Below, in pieces: positions 1 through 13,003 of a stretch of DNA of 64,000 nt. The first letter of the stretch is position 1, and the number at the start of each line of letters is the position of its first letter. Under the pieces are notes generated by a model. That model ran no database searches. It saw only the letters and a program-made list of their open reading frames with translations, and had not been told where the DNA came from. A program made the position numbers and the translations under genes. The DNA comes from Squalus acanthias (taxonomy: Eukaryota), in contig CM059429.1 in assembly GCA_030390025.1 (NCBI GenBank), positions 151,528,001-151,592,000 on the forward strand, given 5' to 3'.

Positions 1-949
1 ATTTTTCTTTGCTTGAAGAATATTTCAGTCAAAAAGTCTGACCTTTTGCCCCCATGCTGGTCTAACTTAAAGAGGCAGGGCCTTGCTAGGCATTCTATGG
101 TATCCACTGTACATAGGGATGAGTACAATGATACATTAAGTTAACAAATAATAAAATGACCCCACATCACCAATGAGATTAATAAGCCCAAATTTATTTT
201 TATTCCAGTTCTAATTAGGTCGAAATTCAAAAATTGCATTGATCAAGTTCACACTGCAGCAGATGTAGGGTTTGCTGCAGCACTGACTTGTCGCTGTCAC
301 CAGTATGGTGGTGTTGGTAATAGAGTCTTTGGATAAAAGCTGCTCCTGGAACGGAGCCTTCCTGAAAATCCACCAATTGAGCAACCCTGGCCCTTTCTGT
401 AAATAATTTATTCAAAATCAATTGCTTTAAAGTCACTTTGTTTATTAATCAATAACTACATGGTATCTTGCTGTTCAAGCTTTGGTTACAGCAGCAACAC
501 TGTCTGTCTGTGTGTGTGTAATGAGATGCTCAGCGAAAGTATTGTCTGTACTAAAAAGGACACAATGACAAAAAGGCAATTTAGCTCATCAAGCCCATTT
601 GTCCAATGTACAGACTGTCAACTTATTTAATCACCTGAGGTAAAAGTTCCAAGAAGTGAAAACTATACAAAATGTCTTTCTGATCCCAGAAGGGAGTCAA
701 GCAGAGTTTTAGTCTATATTGTTCAACCCTGATTCCTTACATTGCACACATGGCAGCTGCATTGTCCCAGGAAGATTGGAGCCATATTATTCAATTGGGT
801 ATTTGATCATCTGTTTCTGTACCAATTTCTTTAACATTCATTTCTATTCTTAACCAGCTATGCAGTCTCTGATAGGCTCTCTATTAGTTAAGAGACCATA
901 AATAGAGCATGGCTTGATTGTTGATTACTGCTACTGTGGTGTTAATGTT

Positions 950-1290
950 ACCATAGCACACAGCACAAAACTGCCTTTAATTCAGCATGAATTGGCACTA
1001 AATTGGCAATTTTAGAGAAGCCACAGAATGGCTCAAATGGGAAATGACCCATTGGTGTAGTACGAGGTGTTGCTCTAACATAGAAACATAGAAACATAGA
1101 AGATAGGAGCAGGAGTAGGCCATTCGGCCCCTCGAGCCTGCTCCGCCATTCGATGAGATCATGGCTGATCATCTAAACTCATAAGTTTCAGGCTGGGGCA
1201 CATTGTTACGGCAGAGTAAAGGGAATTTTAACTCTGTATCTAATTATGCTATATTTGACTGGGAGTGCTTGATAGCCTGGATGAACTGAA
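950..1290 (+). mobile_element. Old SINE relic, LF-SINE-like, interrupted by a CR1 tail
   Basis: Motifs AATTGGCACTAAATTGGCA and GGGGCACATTG..GGCAGAGTAAAGGGAATTTTAACTCTG are shared with 38660-38900 and resemble the LF-SINE consensus as recalled. Confidence 0.4.
1079..1180 (-). mobile_element. CR1 LINE 3' tail fragment
   Basis: (CATAGAAA)n tail followed by GGAGCAGGAGTAGGCCATTCGGCCCCTCGAGCCTGCTCCGCCATTC; similar to the reverse complement of 55820-55895. Confidence 0.8.
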
Positions 1291-1299
1291 ATTCCCTCC

Positions 1300-2105
1300 A
1301 ATTAAATATTGGGTAGACTGGAGCCATTGTCTTCCACTCCCGCCACAATCTCCATTCCCCAGCCACCGATTTCACCCCCGTACCTGGCCACAGTTTCAGG
1401 CTGAACCAGACTGTTTGCAACCTCGGTGTCCTGTTTGACCCTGGACTGAGCTTCCGACCTCATATGCTCTCCATCGCCAAGATCGTCTATTTCCACCTCC
1501 GTAATATTGCCTGTCTCCGCTCCAGCTTCAGCCCATCTGCTGCTAAAACCCTCATCCGTGCTTCTATTACCTCCAAACTCGACTCTTCCAAAACTCTCCT
1601 GGCTGGCTGCCCGTCTTCCACCCCCCATAAACTGGAGCTCATCCAAAACTCTGCTGCCCATATCCTAACTCGCACATCCATCACCCCTGTGCTCACTGAC
1701 CTACATTGGCTCCCAGTCCACCAGTACCTCAATTTTAAAATTCTTATCCTCAAGTTCAAATCCCTCCATGGACTTGCCCCTCCCTATCTCTGGAACCTCC
1801 TCCAGCCCAATCCTCCGAGATTGCCGCATTCCTCCAACTCTGCCCTCTTGTGCATCCTCCATTTTCTTCGCCCCACCATTGGTGGCTGTGCCTTCAGCCG
1901 TCTAGGCTCGAAGTTCAGGAATTCTCTCCCTAACCCTCTCTGTCTCTCTAACTCTCTCTCCTCTTTTAAGACTGTCCTTTAAACCTACCTCTTTGGCTTG
2001 TCCTAATATCTCGTTCTTTGGCTTGGTGCCAATTTGTGTCTGAAAAACACTTTGGGATGTTTTATTACGTTAATGGTGCTATTTAAATGGAAGTTGTTGT
2101 CGTTG
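1300..2105 (+). mobile_element. L2-clade LINE, 5'-truncated (RT C-terminal region and 3' tail)
   Basis: ORF 1464-1982 reads YFHLRNIACLR..SKLD..LHWLPV..FKILIL.FKSLHGLAPPYL, typical of the L2 ORF2 C-terminus. Tail TTTAAATGGAAGTTGTTG. Confidence 0.9.
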
Positions 2106-3039
2106 CATGTATGTCAACAACATTCCCATTCTGTTCCCAGATAAGATCCCCAGAAGGCCGGCACTGTACCTCTTGGGAGAGGGAGTGCTGGTCCAAAGGA
2201 CAGAATTGCAAGAACTCAACTGGCCTATGCTAAAACCATCTGAAGGAGATGAAAGACTTTGAAGTCATTTCAGGAGCACAGGAAAAGGATTAGTTACATT
2301 AAAAGAACAAAGAAACCACCTGGTTCCTGAATTCCCAGCTCTAAGTTCTTAGTTCTGATGCTGGCTGTTTTCGAAGTGGTTCATAACGTTGGAACCTGAT
2401 TAGCTGTAGGTGTGTTTTATGCACATAACATTTTTTTTTAATCCAGAAAGCAGCCAACATTTGCATTTTTCCCTAATTTCTAAGGTGCACTTATTCTACA
2501 GCTACTGGTTTCAGACTGGTCACTGTGCAGTGTGATGTCCTCTGGGCAGACAAAACTACTTGCATTTATACAGCATCTTTGTGCTCAGAGCTCCGGTCCC
2601 TGGAGGGATAATCTTTAATGGAAGAAGAGAGTGGACAGGAATGTCAACTCTATCCTAACATTAAAACGTTACAAAGATAAGTTTATAAAGTTCCCAGGTG
2701 ATCCAATGAAACACCTAGGCACTTTTAAAAGGTGGACTTGCAACAGGCCAGAATGATACTACGTGTCATGCAAAATCAGACAAGAGTGCCCACTGGAGAT
2801 GTTCCCACATTTTTTATTTTAGTACACCTGGGAGTTAGATTGCTGATCTTACTCCCATATTATATTGACACTTTCCTGTTAATGTGCATCCCAAACCACT
2901 TCACATCAATAGACAAGTGGCAGTATAATTGTACCCTCAGTTTTCCCACTACAAATCATGCAAGACACTGGGGAAGTTTTCCTTTGCGTGCTATGTGTGA
3001 CGAGATTGGAAATCCAATTCTTATAAATGTTTTTTTTAA

Positions 3040-3127
3040 GCTTAACCTTTGTCTGATTATGCTCCTGTGAAGCATCTTGGGACATTTTTACTACATTATA
3101 GGCTCTGTATAAATGCAAGTTGTTGTT
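3040..3127 (+). mobile_element. L2 LINE 3' tail fragment
   Basis: GCTCCTGTGAAGCATCTTGGGACATTTTTACTAC...TATAAATGCAAGTTGTTG matches the 3' ends of the other L2 copies. Confidence 0.75.
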
Positions 3128-3984
3128 TAATATTTACTACACATAGTACACAGAAGAAACCTCACCCATAGCTAAAATTTTATGCAGCTAGAACAAGGGG
3201 ATTTGATACTCTGATTTTATCGCTTGAAACGCTTTCCTAATTCAGGTATTTGGTATGTTTTATCAATGCACACAAGGAAAGGTTACTGTGCTGAGTTCTT
3301 TGTCTTCTCTCCCTACCAGTTTCTGTTGGCGTATTTGCTGCTCCAATCCAAAGGGACTGGTTTCTCAGTATCTATACTAGTACGGGGGGTGGGCCCAATG
3401 AATTCAGCCTGACCACAACATAGTTTTGTACCTTGCTAGCTGGCCCTGTCTAAATACGATTTGTACCAAAGATACATAGGGGAATTGTCTCCAAACAAAG
3501 CTGTCCATGGTAACTTCAGAGATGTAACCCAAGTGGGATATCCTGGCTGCAGGTCACAGGGCATAATTTATTAAGCAGAAAATAATCCCTTGTATTGTAA
3601 TGTCAATTGTTCTGCACTAGCCCTGAGTTGTGAGGTACAGCTGGCAGTTAATGTGGCCTCTTAGCTGTTGGATTCTCTGTGTTGGTTGGAATGATCAGCA
3701 TCCCATCCTGTGACCTGTCTGCTGACTGCTGGGACAGCTGCAGGGGATGATACTCAGCTGTCTCCAGAGCAGCTGGAAAAGTCTTTCTGACTCAAAGGTG
3801 GAGAGAAACTTTACCTCACAATCACACTGAGTGAAAACGCTTACTGCAACATAAGTCACCATCCAGGATTTCAATTGTAGGATCGCTACAAAGGCTCAGA
3901 CATTTAGTGATATTTAATTGATGGATGGGAGGGCGAGTTTTATAAGGAAAGAAGGCTTTGCACAAAGGAGATTTATGTAAAGCT

Positions 3985-4222
3985 ACTTCATACTGAAGCA
4001 AAGCAAAGAGGTTATGCTAAACCTTCATAAATCACTGGCTAGGCCTCAGCTGGAGTATTGCGTTCAATCCTGGGCACCACACTTTAGGAAGGATGCCAAA
4101 GCCTTGGAGAGGGTGCAGAAAAGATTTACCAGAATGCTACCAGGGATGAGGGACTTCAGTTAAGTGGAAAGACGAGAGAAGCTGGGTCTCTGGATAGCAA
4201 TCAAGAGTTGAGAAGAGGAGGG
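3985..4222 (+). mobile_element. CR1 LINE fragment (RT C-terminal region)
   Basis: Encodes a degenerate YKSLARPQLEYCVQSWAPHFRKDAKALERVQKRFTRMLPGMRDFS segment, the CR1 ORF2 C-terminal motif. Confidence 0.85.
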
Positions 4223-5354
4223 AGATATATTCGGTGGGCCAGTTACTCCACAGTGCCCTGGCTGCTGATTCGCTATTGCCCATTTTGCGCGACCTCCCAA
4301 TTTCGGCCCCTTAAGTATAGTTTGGGGTTCAGCACAAGAACCCCTGAACATCACTGTAGCCAAACTCTGCATATTTATCCCTTCAGTGCTGCCAGGCAAC
4401 ATCTGATCATGGAATGTAAGCACCAATAGGAATGCCATCAGGAGAATTGAAAACTATCACAGTATTCATTTAGAGATTGTTAATAGGCTGGTCTAAAGAG
4501 TTTAATGTGCTCGGGTATGTTTAGAATATCACGACTGACTCAGTGCACTTCAGAGTGGGAGGAAACATTGCCATTTTGTGCAGCCTCTCAGACCAATTTA
4601 GATTAATTCACAAGATAATTCATCAGAACAGTCATTTGCATTCACATTCATGAAGCAAACATGTGCTGTTGCTTAAAGGCACTGTGCTACCCTCCGGCCT
4701 ATTTGGAGGGTTTATGCCGCTATTGAGACAGCCAGGAAGTACTTCCGATAGTGATTGTTTTTGCTGACAACAATTGCTGACAACAATTGCAATGTTAAAA
4801 GGTGATGAAAGTGCCGGATTCATAAAAGAGTAAATGTAATATCCCATCAGTCAGTATTGATAGATCAGTGCCTGATATATGGATGCATGTAGCTGAGGTT
4901 TGTGATTTTATTTCTTCAGGTCTTTCTTTCCTTCTTGAAGAGCTGAGAATCTCAGTCCAACTGTAAGCATAATTCTGTTAGCTCTCTACTTTCCCCAGAG
5001 AGTTAGGTGTTCAATTTTCAAGTTCTAGTTGTTAAAAGTAAATGGACTATGAGTGAATTAATTAGAGACTTACAGAGAGTGTGCTATTGTCTCTCTGATG
5101 GGAATATCTCCTCTCAGAAGTAATCATTTGAACATCTTCATAGCCATCCTGGTTTTAAATGACCTGCCAAAGAATAGAAAGATCTGTATTTAGAACTGGA
5201 ATTGAGGTTTTATTTTCAGGGCCTGGCATTGACTGTTGTGTAACAGTTTCAATCCTTAACCAATTACAAAACAACCCACAATTATTTCCTGGAAGAGTCA
5301 AATAGAATATAGTGCTATTCCATTGATTATTGCAGTAAAGCGAGACCAAATGTG

Positions 5355-5690
5355 ATATGGTGCTGAGCCATAAAGGAAGAGCCCAGCTCAATCCTTCTGT
5401 GAAGTTAGCTGATCTGATCTGACGCAACGGTGGAGACACTGCAATGGGGCTCAGTGCCAAAGCTAAGGAAGGGAAACAAATTAGCTAAGGCTCCTGCTGC
5501 TGATTGCTGTCTCGTGACCCCTGCTGCATATCTGCTTGAGATAGGATGATTTTCACTGTGATGCCCCCATAATTAAATATCCTGCTAACATGCACACATG
5601 AAGAATGTTCACCTTAGGTATTAGAGGGTTTCAACAGCCCATTAGCTATGAATCATCTTCCCAGAGACAATTGGGGGGAAAAAAAACAAT
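5355..5690 (+). mobile_element. Old tRNA-derived SINE relic (AmnSINE2-like family)
   Basis: Motifs GTTAGCTGATCT, AGCTAAGGCTCCTGCTGCTGATTGCTG..GTGACCCCTGCTG and TGTGATGCCCCC are shared with 12130-12390, 43410-43770 (minus) and 57130-57320. Family name is from memory. Confidence 0.45.
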
Positions 5691-6548
5691 TAAAAAAGAG
5701 AAACCAAGGATAAAGTGATAGAAGATCCAGAGCTTTTTATCCACAATCAATCCTAAGTGCTTTGAAAGTCTATACATAAAATAGTCTTTAATCAGGAGAT
5801 TGGTGGTGCGTTGCTACCTAGCACAGCCGCATGAGATGGGGTTTTACTGCTTGGTGGCTCTTAAGAGTAAGATAAATTAATCTGGAGAATCTCAGTTTAT
5901 ATTCCAGTATCCATGAGTCTGCAGCACAAAACTGGCCTCGTGGCATAACTGGCATAAAATTGGCAACAGGCAGGCAATCTGGGAAATGAAAAATCACATT
6001 CATGGAGTGGGAGGACCTCCTCTGAGGCTACTTTATCGGAGACTGTAAGTGTAATGCTGACGGAGGTGAGTGATGTATCACATCTAAACCAAACTCAAGA
6101 GAACTTAAAATGGATCTGTTCTCCAGTAATATTATCTACACATAGAAAAGACAACTAAAACAAAATTTGAATAACACCTGGAGTAAGCCTACACAACACA
6201 GCTACAATTATTAGTCACTATAATTGTGGAATTGAATCATTAAAAAAAGGATTTCATCAGGACGATTGTTAAAAATCCAATACTACAAACAGTTTATGGC
6301 CTTTTGATTTTTCCTGTCTTGCTGCGCTCAATGAATAAAGCCAATCCAACGTTAGGGGGTGCAAACCTCTCTAAAATGTGTTAACAACCCCAATATTTTA
6401 TATTTTCTTTTGCTTCTAGTAGTTTCTGCTCAAACAGTTTTCAAAATTATTTGAAGAAAGCTAGAGGACAAATTTTAAAAGCTTTACTAAGAACAAGTCA
6501 TTCCCTTTTTAAAGGGAGGCTGTGTATATGTGAAAGACAAAGAGAGTA

Positions 6549-6682
6549 TCATAGAATCATAGATTACAGCACAGAAGGAGGCCATTCGGCCCGTCAAACC
6601 CGTGCCGGCTCTCTGAAAGAGCCCTTCAGCTAGTCCCACTCCCCCGCCCTTTCCCCGTAGCCCTGCAATTTTTTTTCCTTCA
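6549..6682 (-). mobile_element. CR1 LINE 3' end fragment
   Basis: ATCATAGAATCATAG tail plus ACAGCACAGAAGGAGGCCATTCGGCCC, the same as at 10687. Confidence 0.8.
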
Positions 6683-7224
6683 GTGTTCTGATTACACATC
6701 CTTTGTAGTCTTTGTTTTGTATTCTATAAACATTAGAAAGTGAAAGATGGTGAGAAGAAGAAAGCGTATCGGCCTTTCTTCATGTAACGTTACTTCGCTT
6801 TACAAAAAAAAAAATCAGTTGAAATTTGAAACCAGCTAATTACTGTGCCCGTGTTTTGTTGAGTTAATAAAGGGCAATGCTCCTGCGCCTCCTGGCTACA
6901 CATGAGGATACCTGTTTGTTGGTGGCCGCTGGTTGAGCCACAACATCGCTGTAAAACCTGAGTGGAGCAGGCCCAGCACCTGCACCTCTCAACGCTGTCC
7001 AATTTCTGGAAAGGGTCTTTAACATCTGAAAGGGGCCTAATGCCTGTTCAAGGCAGCCTCTCAAGATGCCTGAATACCGTCCATGGTCAATATGGCGTGG
7101 GACATAGATGTGCAAAATTGGTCCTTTAAGCCCCTGTTTTCCACCCGGAACATTCATTATAATTTGATTTCTTTTTTAAAGTAAAAGAAACAAGTTGAAT
7201 TTTGAAGCACATAAAGCCTCTTTG

Positions 7225-7570
7225 AGGGGAAAGCTAGGAAAGGAAGGATGGGGAGGGGAAGGGAAGGGAATCATAGGGAGGAGAGAAACTTGTTAAAGGT
7301 GAGGGGGGCCTCTGGCATCACATCACATGCCCTTGGGGGAGCGAGTGGGCGTGGAGGGACTTAATGTAGGGTTAAGGGTGAGGTGAGTGATGGCAGAGCA
7401 AGGGAGAGGGGGGGATAAAGGGGTTGAGTGCATAGTTCAAAGGAGAAGAGATAGGGATAGGGCTAGTGACGGGAATGACGATGTGCTAAGAAGGGAAATG
7501 GGAAGGTGAAAGGGTAGGGGACACAATAGGAGTGAGGGTGTTGGGGACACATGAGTGATGGGAAGGGAGC
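7225..7570. repeat. Purine-rich (G/A) low-complexity tract
   Basis: GGGAAGGGAAGGG, GGGAGAGGG and GGGATAGGG runs with strong strand purine bias. Confidence 0.6.
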
Positions 7571-9899
7571 CCATGTGGCCACATTTTCCCCCACAACATC
7601 TACCCCAAAAGCAGCCTGCAGCTGCTGGTGGCTCCTATCCCCTCTGCACTGTGCCATACCGCCCACCAACTCCCACCTGAAAGGCAACAAGGAAAGATGA
7701 AAAAAGAGAAAAGCAAAAAGAGTTAAGTGGAGAGAAAAGGAAGAAAAGAGACTGAGAGAGACAGAACCAGTAACACAAAGACAGTGGAGACAGGTAATTT
7801 GAGAGACAATATTCTCCGACTTACCGTGTGTAAAGCCACGACTAATAATATATTACAAAACTAGGGGAACTGAAGTCTGTGCGTAAGTCCTATCAAACTT
7901 TTCCATTTTAAATGACTGTGTCTATGTTCATAATGAAAACTGCCGATGTAAATTTGTTGTGCTGTAATTACACCCTCCTTCCAGTAGAGGCACTGGAAAT
8001 ATAAAAATGAGGACAGAATTTATAATGGAAATATAAAACTAAGGGCAGAATGTATGAATTTAAACAGGGGAATTGAATTTTGTCTGTGCAACCTGGTCCA
8101 ATTCTCACCGTCTAACCCCTCTTCACCTGAAAACTACACTTGGCCTTGATTCGGTGTGCAACACTATGGGAGGCCAGCAGATAGCTTTTTTTCCCAGAAT
8201 GCTCTATGTGTGTCATATCAGTGAGGGAGGGGCTACTGTTCTTTACAAGTTTTCTTTTTAATTACATTGCTTGCTGGGCTGCTGCAGATTTAAAAAACAT
8301 ATTGAAATGCTTCGCACAATTGTAATTTTTGGACGTTAACTTGCAAAGATATGCAGTGTAAATACCACAACACATCAAACACAGTCTGGTTTCACGGCGC
8401 TTGAAACGTTTTGAGAAACCCATGAAAGAACAGAATGAGACATGGGTTACTAGATTAAAGTACATCACTGAGGGAGGGGTATAAAAGGGAATAAAAAAAG
8501 AAATCTTCAGCTTCAGATAATACTCGGGCTGTACCATAATTTCACCACTATCGATGTGTCTTGTATTGACTGGATGAGAAAGTGCTACTGTATTGGTTTG
8601 AAAGTACATGATTTGCTGCAGTTGATGTGTTATCAGAGCAGTCATCAAACACAGTAAGCACACAGTTATTAAGCTGATCAACTGAAGAGTGCGCGCTGCT
8701 CCCGGGGGCAGAACTATCTAATATGTGCATATAATGAATATGCTTACTGGCTATAGTCATTAAACAAAGGGCAGCAAAGAGAGTGCTTCTATTAATTTGT
8801 CTGATATGCCATTTCATTTTAAAGGCTGATTAGAAGTGAAGCTGCACATAATGTAAACAACAAAAGTACTGGAGGCAACTGAAAACAGATCAATCCCCAT
8901 GCATTAAAGCAGAACTGGGGCACAGCTATATGTAAGAGTTAACACATAAGAACATTTCTGTTAAATAAAAATAAATCACTTTACTAGTCTACTCGTGAAT
9001 GCAGTTCATTGCTCAATATCCTGAACCTTGAGCTGGTGAGTCGTGAAGAAATTAGGTTTGCAATATCGTATATGACTTCCACCACCATTGAACACCATTA
9101 CTTCTCCTTCATGCGACGTAATCTGCGAACTGCGTGGCAGTATAGACATCTTGTAGCCTAGAAGTGCCCTATAAAATGCTCCACAAATCTTCAGCTAATT
9201 ACAAATCAATCAGAAGCATCAGTTTTGTTTGCAAGACAAAGGTTGGCTAAAAATGCTATAGTATAGACGCAAGCTAGCTACAGTGGGGCCATCCTTCCCA
9301 GAGTGCAGTGCTCAAAAGAAAAGGAAAGGCGGTTGGCCAGGTGATGAACAAATGGTGCTTTACAAGCCCTTTCTCTCCACAACACCTCAGTGCATGGTTC
9401 AGGAGATTAGACAAAGAATCATATTGGTGAGTAAGCAACAACGACAACCATAACTTTCACTTAGAAACGCACCCCCCCACCAAGGTGCCTTACACGGGGA
9501 GAGAAGAAAAAACTAGAAATAGATAGAAGGAACAGAAAATAGGGGCAGAGATTAGGATGAAAGGATGGGTTTGAGAAAGTTCTTGAAGGTGAAGAGGCGA
9601 TGGACCAGTTTAGGGAGCTCTAGAGAATAAGGCTGACCTGGCTGATAAAAAAGACAATCCAAATCACACACATATTCCATTCAGCACCTCAACAAATGTA
9701 CTTTCTGTTCTCCTTCTCCTGAAGCATAGAATCAGAGGATTTTATAGCAGAGAAGACGGCAGTTTGGCTTCTTGCGCCTGCTCTGACTCTGAGTCACATT
9801 TCCTGCGCTTTCCAAATATGTTTTTAATTTTAATTTTTCAAATATTTAATAGAATTATACAATTTTACAGCACAGAAATAGGCAACTCTCTCTTTAGGT

Positions 9900-10340
9900 C
9901 TCCCTGTTCATGAGTGGCTCTCCTCCTGACTCCTCAAGGCCTCGTCCCCATCTATTATCCATCCCCTCCACCACCAGTGTACTGTGGCTACAGTAAATAC
10001 TATCTATAAGGATACACTATAGCACCTCACGAAAGCTTACTTCGACAGCATCTCTCAGCCCTGACAAGAATAAGAGCAGAAGCGTCATGGGAAAACCATC
10101 ACCTCTGAGTTCCCCGCCAAGTCACACACCATCCTGACTTGGACATATACTGCTGTTCCTTCATTGTCTCTGGGTCAAAATCCTGACGTTCCCTCCGTAA
10201 CAAGATTGTGGGAGCGCCATCAGCACAAGGACTACATTCTTTCAAGAAGGAGGCCCACCACTACCTTTTTAAGGTTATCTAGGGATGGGCAATAAATGTG
10301 GCCTTTCCAGTATCTCTCACACCTTGAACAACCAAAAAAA
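9900..10340 (+). mobile_element. CR1-group LINE, second family, degenerate 3' portion
   Basis: Similar to the reverse complement of 35035-35912 (CCAAGTCACACACCATCCTGACTTGG, GGGTCAAAATCCTG, GGGATGGGCAATAAATG). Confidence 0.75.
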
Positions 10341-10686
10341 TTATTCTTTGCGTGAGAGAACAAGTACCCAAGGTTTTTAGACCTTTCTGCCAAGAGATTT
10401 GCAAGGATAGCTCAGAGTGGCTTGCCATCTGATTTTCCCTCCCACCCTTATATTCCGTTGGCTTTCAATTCCTGGGCGGCAACAGAGAGATCCGTTAGCT
10501 GATTGCATACCGGCCTAATTTTCCCATCCACGTAAATATAGCAAGAAGTGCTAATTGGAGACAATCTGGGTACTATTTATGTGAAAAGTACAGATCATGA
10601 ACCCGGAGAACATTTTACCACTGTGTATATTGTGATCACAAAATGTAGAACTGAATTAACAAAGCAAAGAGCTGATTTAACTGTAT

Positions 10687-11387
10687 TCATAGAATCATAG
10701 AAATTTACAGCACAGAAGGAGGCCATTCGGCCCATCTTGTCCGTGCCGGCCGACAAAGAGCTATCCAGCCTAATCCCACTTTCTAGCACTTGGTCCGTAG
10801 CCTTGTAGATTCCGGCGCTTCAAGTGCCTATCCAAATACTTTTTAAGTGTGATGAGGGTTTCTGCCTCTACCACCCTTTCAGGCAGTGAGTTCCAGACCC
10901 CCCCCCAACCCTCTGGGTGAAAAAATTTCTCCTCAAATCCCCTCTAAACCTCTTACCAATTACTTTAAAACTATGCTCCCTGGTTATTGATCTTTCTGCT
11001 AAGGGAAATAGGTCCTTCCTATCCATTCTATCTAGGCCCCTCATAATTTTATACACCTCTATTAGGTCTCCCCTCAGCCTCCTCTGTTCCAAAGAAAACA
11101 ACCCCAGCCTATCCAATCTTTCCTCATAGCTAAAATTCGCCAGCTCAGGCAACATCCTCGTAAATCTCCTCTGCACCCCCTCTAGTGCAATCATATCCTT
11201 CCTGTAATGTGGTGACCAGAACTGCACAGTATTCTAGCTGCGGCCTAACTAGTGTTTTATACAGTTGAAGCATAACCCCCCTGCTCTTGTATTCTATGCC
11301 TCAGCTAATAAAGGCAAGTATTCCGTATGCCTTCTTAACCACCTTATCTACCTGTCCTGCTACCTTCAGGGATCTGTGGACATGCAC
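10687..11387 (-). mobile_element. CR1 LINE, 5'-truncated
   Basis: ORF 10868-11227(-) reads QFWSPHYRKDMIALEGVQRRFTRMLP..YEERLDRLGLFSLEQRRLRGDLIEVYKIMRG. The tail is (TTCTATGA)n on the minus strand. Confidence 0.95.
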
Positions 11388-11687
11388 ATTATTAAGTAGG
11401 TGTGCAGTCATCTGAAATATCTCTAGGCAAGGCTCAGCTTTTTTATTAAGATTCTTGTAGCTACAACTTTATATAGAACCACTGACAGTGCTTAATTAGT
11501 ACCTGACTTTGTTACTGCATAAGCTGTTCTGCTTGTTGTGACTTTTAGTTTGATGCACCTGCACAGATCGACGCAGCCAAGAGACGCCCTCCTGATTCTA
11601 TCTCTCAACACATGCATCTCTTTTTAACCTGTTTGTTGCGTGGCTCTTTATTTATCTCTGAGCTGTTTAGAAGGAAAGACAGCAGCT

Positions 11688-11870
11688 GTAAAAACAGAAA
11701 ATTGCCGAAATAACACAGCAGGTCCATCAGCAGTTGTAAAGAGAAAAAGCAGGCTAATTTATCAGGTGTAGACCCTTCAACAGAACTAGAAACAGTAAGA
11801 GAAACATGTCCTTAAATGGCACTGAACAAAATGGGGTAGTGGAGGGGCGGGGGGAAAAGAACAGGTTGAG
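11688..11870 (-). mobile_element. Degenerate Penelope-type terminal repeat (same family as the 50163 palindrome)
   Basis: TAAAAACAGAAAATTGCCGAAATAACACAGCAGGTC..TCAGGTGTAGACCCTTCAACAGAACT resembles the left arm at 50163-50265. Confidence 0.6.
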
Positions 11871-12129
11871 GTCACGAGTCACAAATGTTGACCACTGTCA
11901 TTTACAGATAATGGGCCGATGCCCCTCCCAAAATTTTTTTTTTAAAAAGCTTGAAAGAAGTGGAAACTGGTGGATTATGTATGAAGATCATCTCAGTCAA
12001 GCACTGAAAAGGCAGTAAGAGAATAAAAGAATGGGAAAATATCTAAGTAAGGCAGTGAAGAGGCCTGAGGAAGAGACAGACAAAAGCTGCTTCGATATTG
12101 GGGCCAGAAGGGGCACCTGAAGAAGCAGC

Positions 12130-12390
12130 GGAAGAGGATAAACCAGCCAGGGTTCTCACTCCTGATCACAGTCTAGTTATCCCTGCTGAAAAGTGTGCTT
12201 ATGTGGCTCTAGGATGAGAACAGGATCTGGTGTAGTTCTGACATTGGTACCGCCCCCTTCCATGGGTGAATAGCCTGCTGATATTCATTGTCTAAGCCGT
12301 GTGTAAAGTACGTCACTTGGGGAATGTACCCTGAAGCCCTACCTCTGCACGAGGCAGTGCATTCAAGAGCGATTGGGAGAAAACTGTGAG
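12130..12390 (+). mobile_element. Old tRNA-derived SINE relic (AmnSINE2-like family)
   Basis: CAGCCAGGGTTCTCACTCCTGATCAC..CCCTGCTGAAAAGTGTG..GAACAGGATC..GAATAGCCTGCTGA. Confidence 0.5.
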
Positions 12391-13003
12391 GGGGAAGAGC
12401 AGAATCGATTCCACATTTCACGGAAATGAATTGATTTGTTAGGAGAAAAAAATATATAGGGAAAGAGTTTGCACCTTATCCCTATCTTCTGTCCTGTGCA
12501 CCAACATATTTTACAAAACCCAACAGAAAGCTGAAATAAACTTGAGACACCTGGGAAGAATCTCTGAAGGAACACACACGACTCAGCTTTTTACATAAAT
12601 GTACATAAAAATATTATTTCGTTAGCAAACTTACATGCCGTGTAGGCATTTTAGCTGAACAGTTGGATATAGTGCACCAGTCATCAGAAATAGTCTCTAA
12701 ACACTTCATCAAGTCATTTTCCTCCGAGTTGCCCATGTGATTAAACATAAAATATTTTGCCAATAGACAACTGGTCTGTTAATATTACAAGGAATTTATA
12801 TCCCTAAGCAGAAAAGAGATACATTCTTCAAAAAGCACAGTGGAATTCTGAGGTTGTTAAGAGTGGATTCCTGTGGTGGTACTTTGCTCTCCCACTGTGT
12901 TGTTAGATTATTTGCATATAGTTTAAAAATGTGATGTCGCACAGGAGAATAACACAGCAAGTTGCCAGTCAGGTAAAAATTGTGTATGTCAGCCATTGAC
13001 TTT

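Noticed and set aside
11770-11790. Additional functional hammerhead
   Set aside because: On the minus strand the core reads CTGTTGA...GATA instead of CTGANGA...GAAA, so both catalytic boxes are degenerate.
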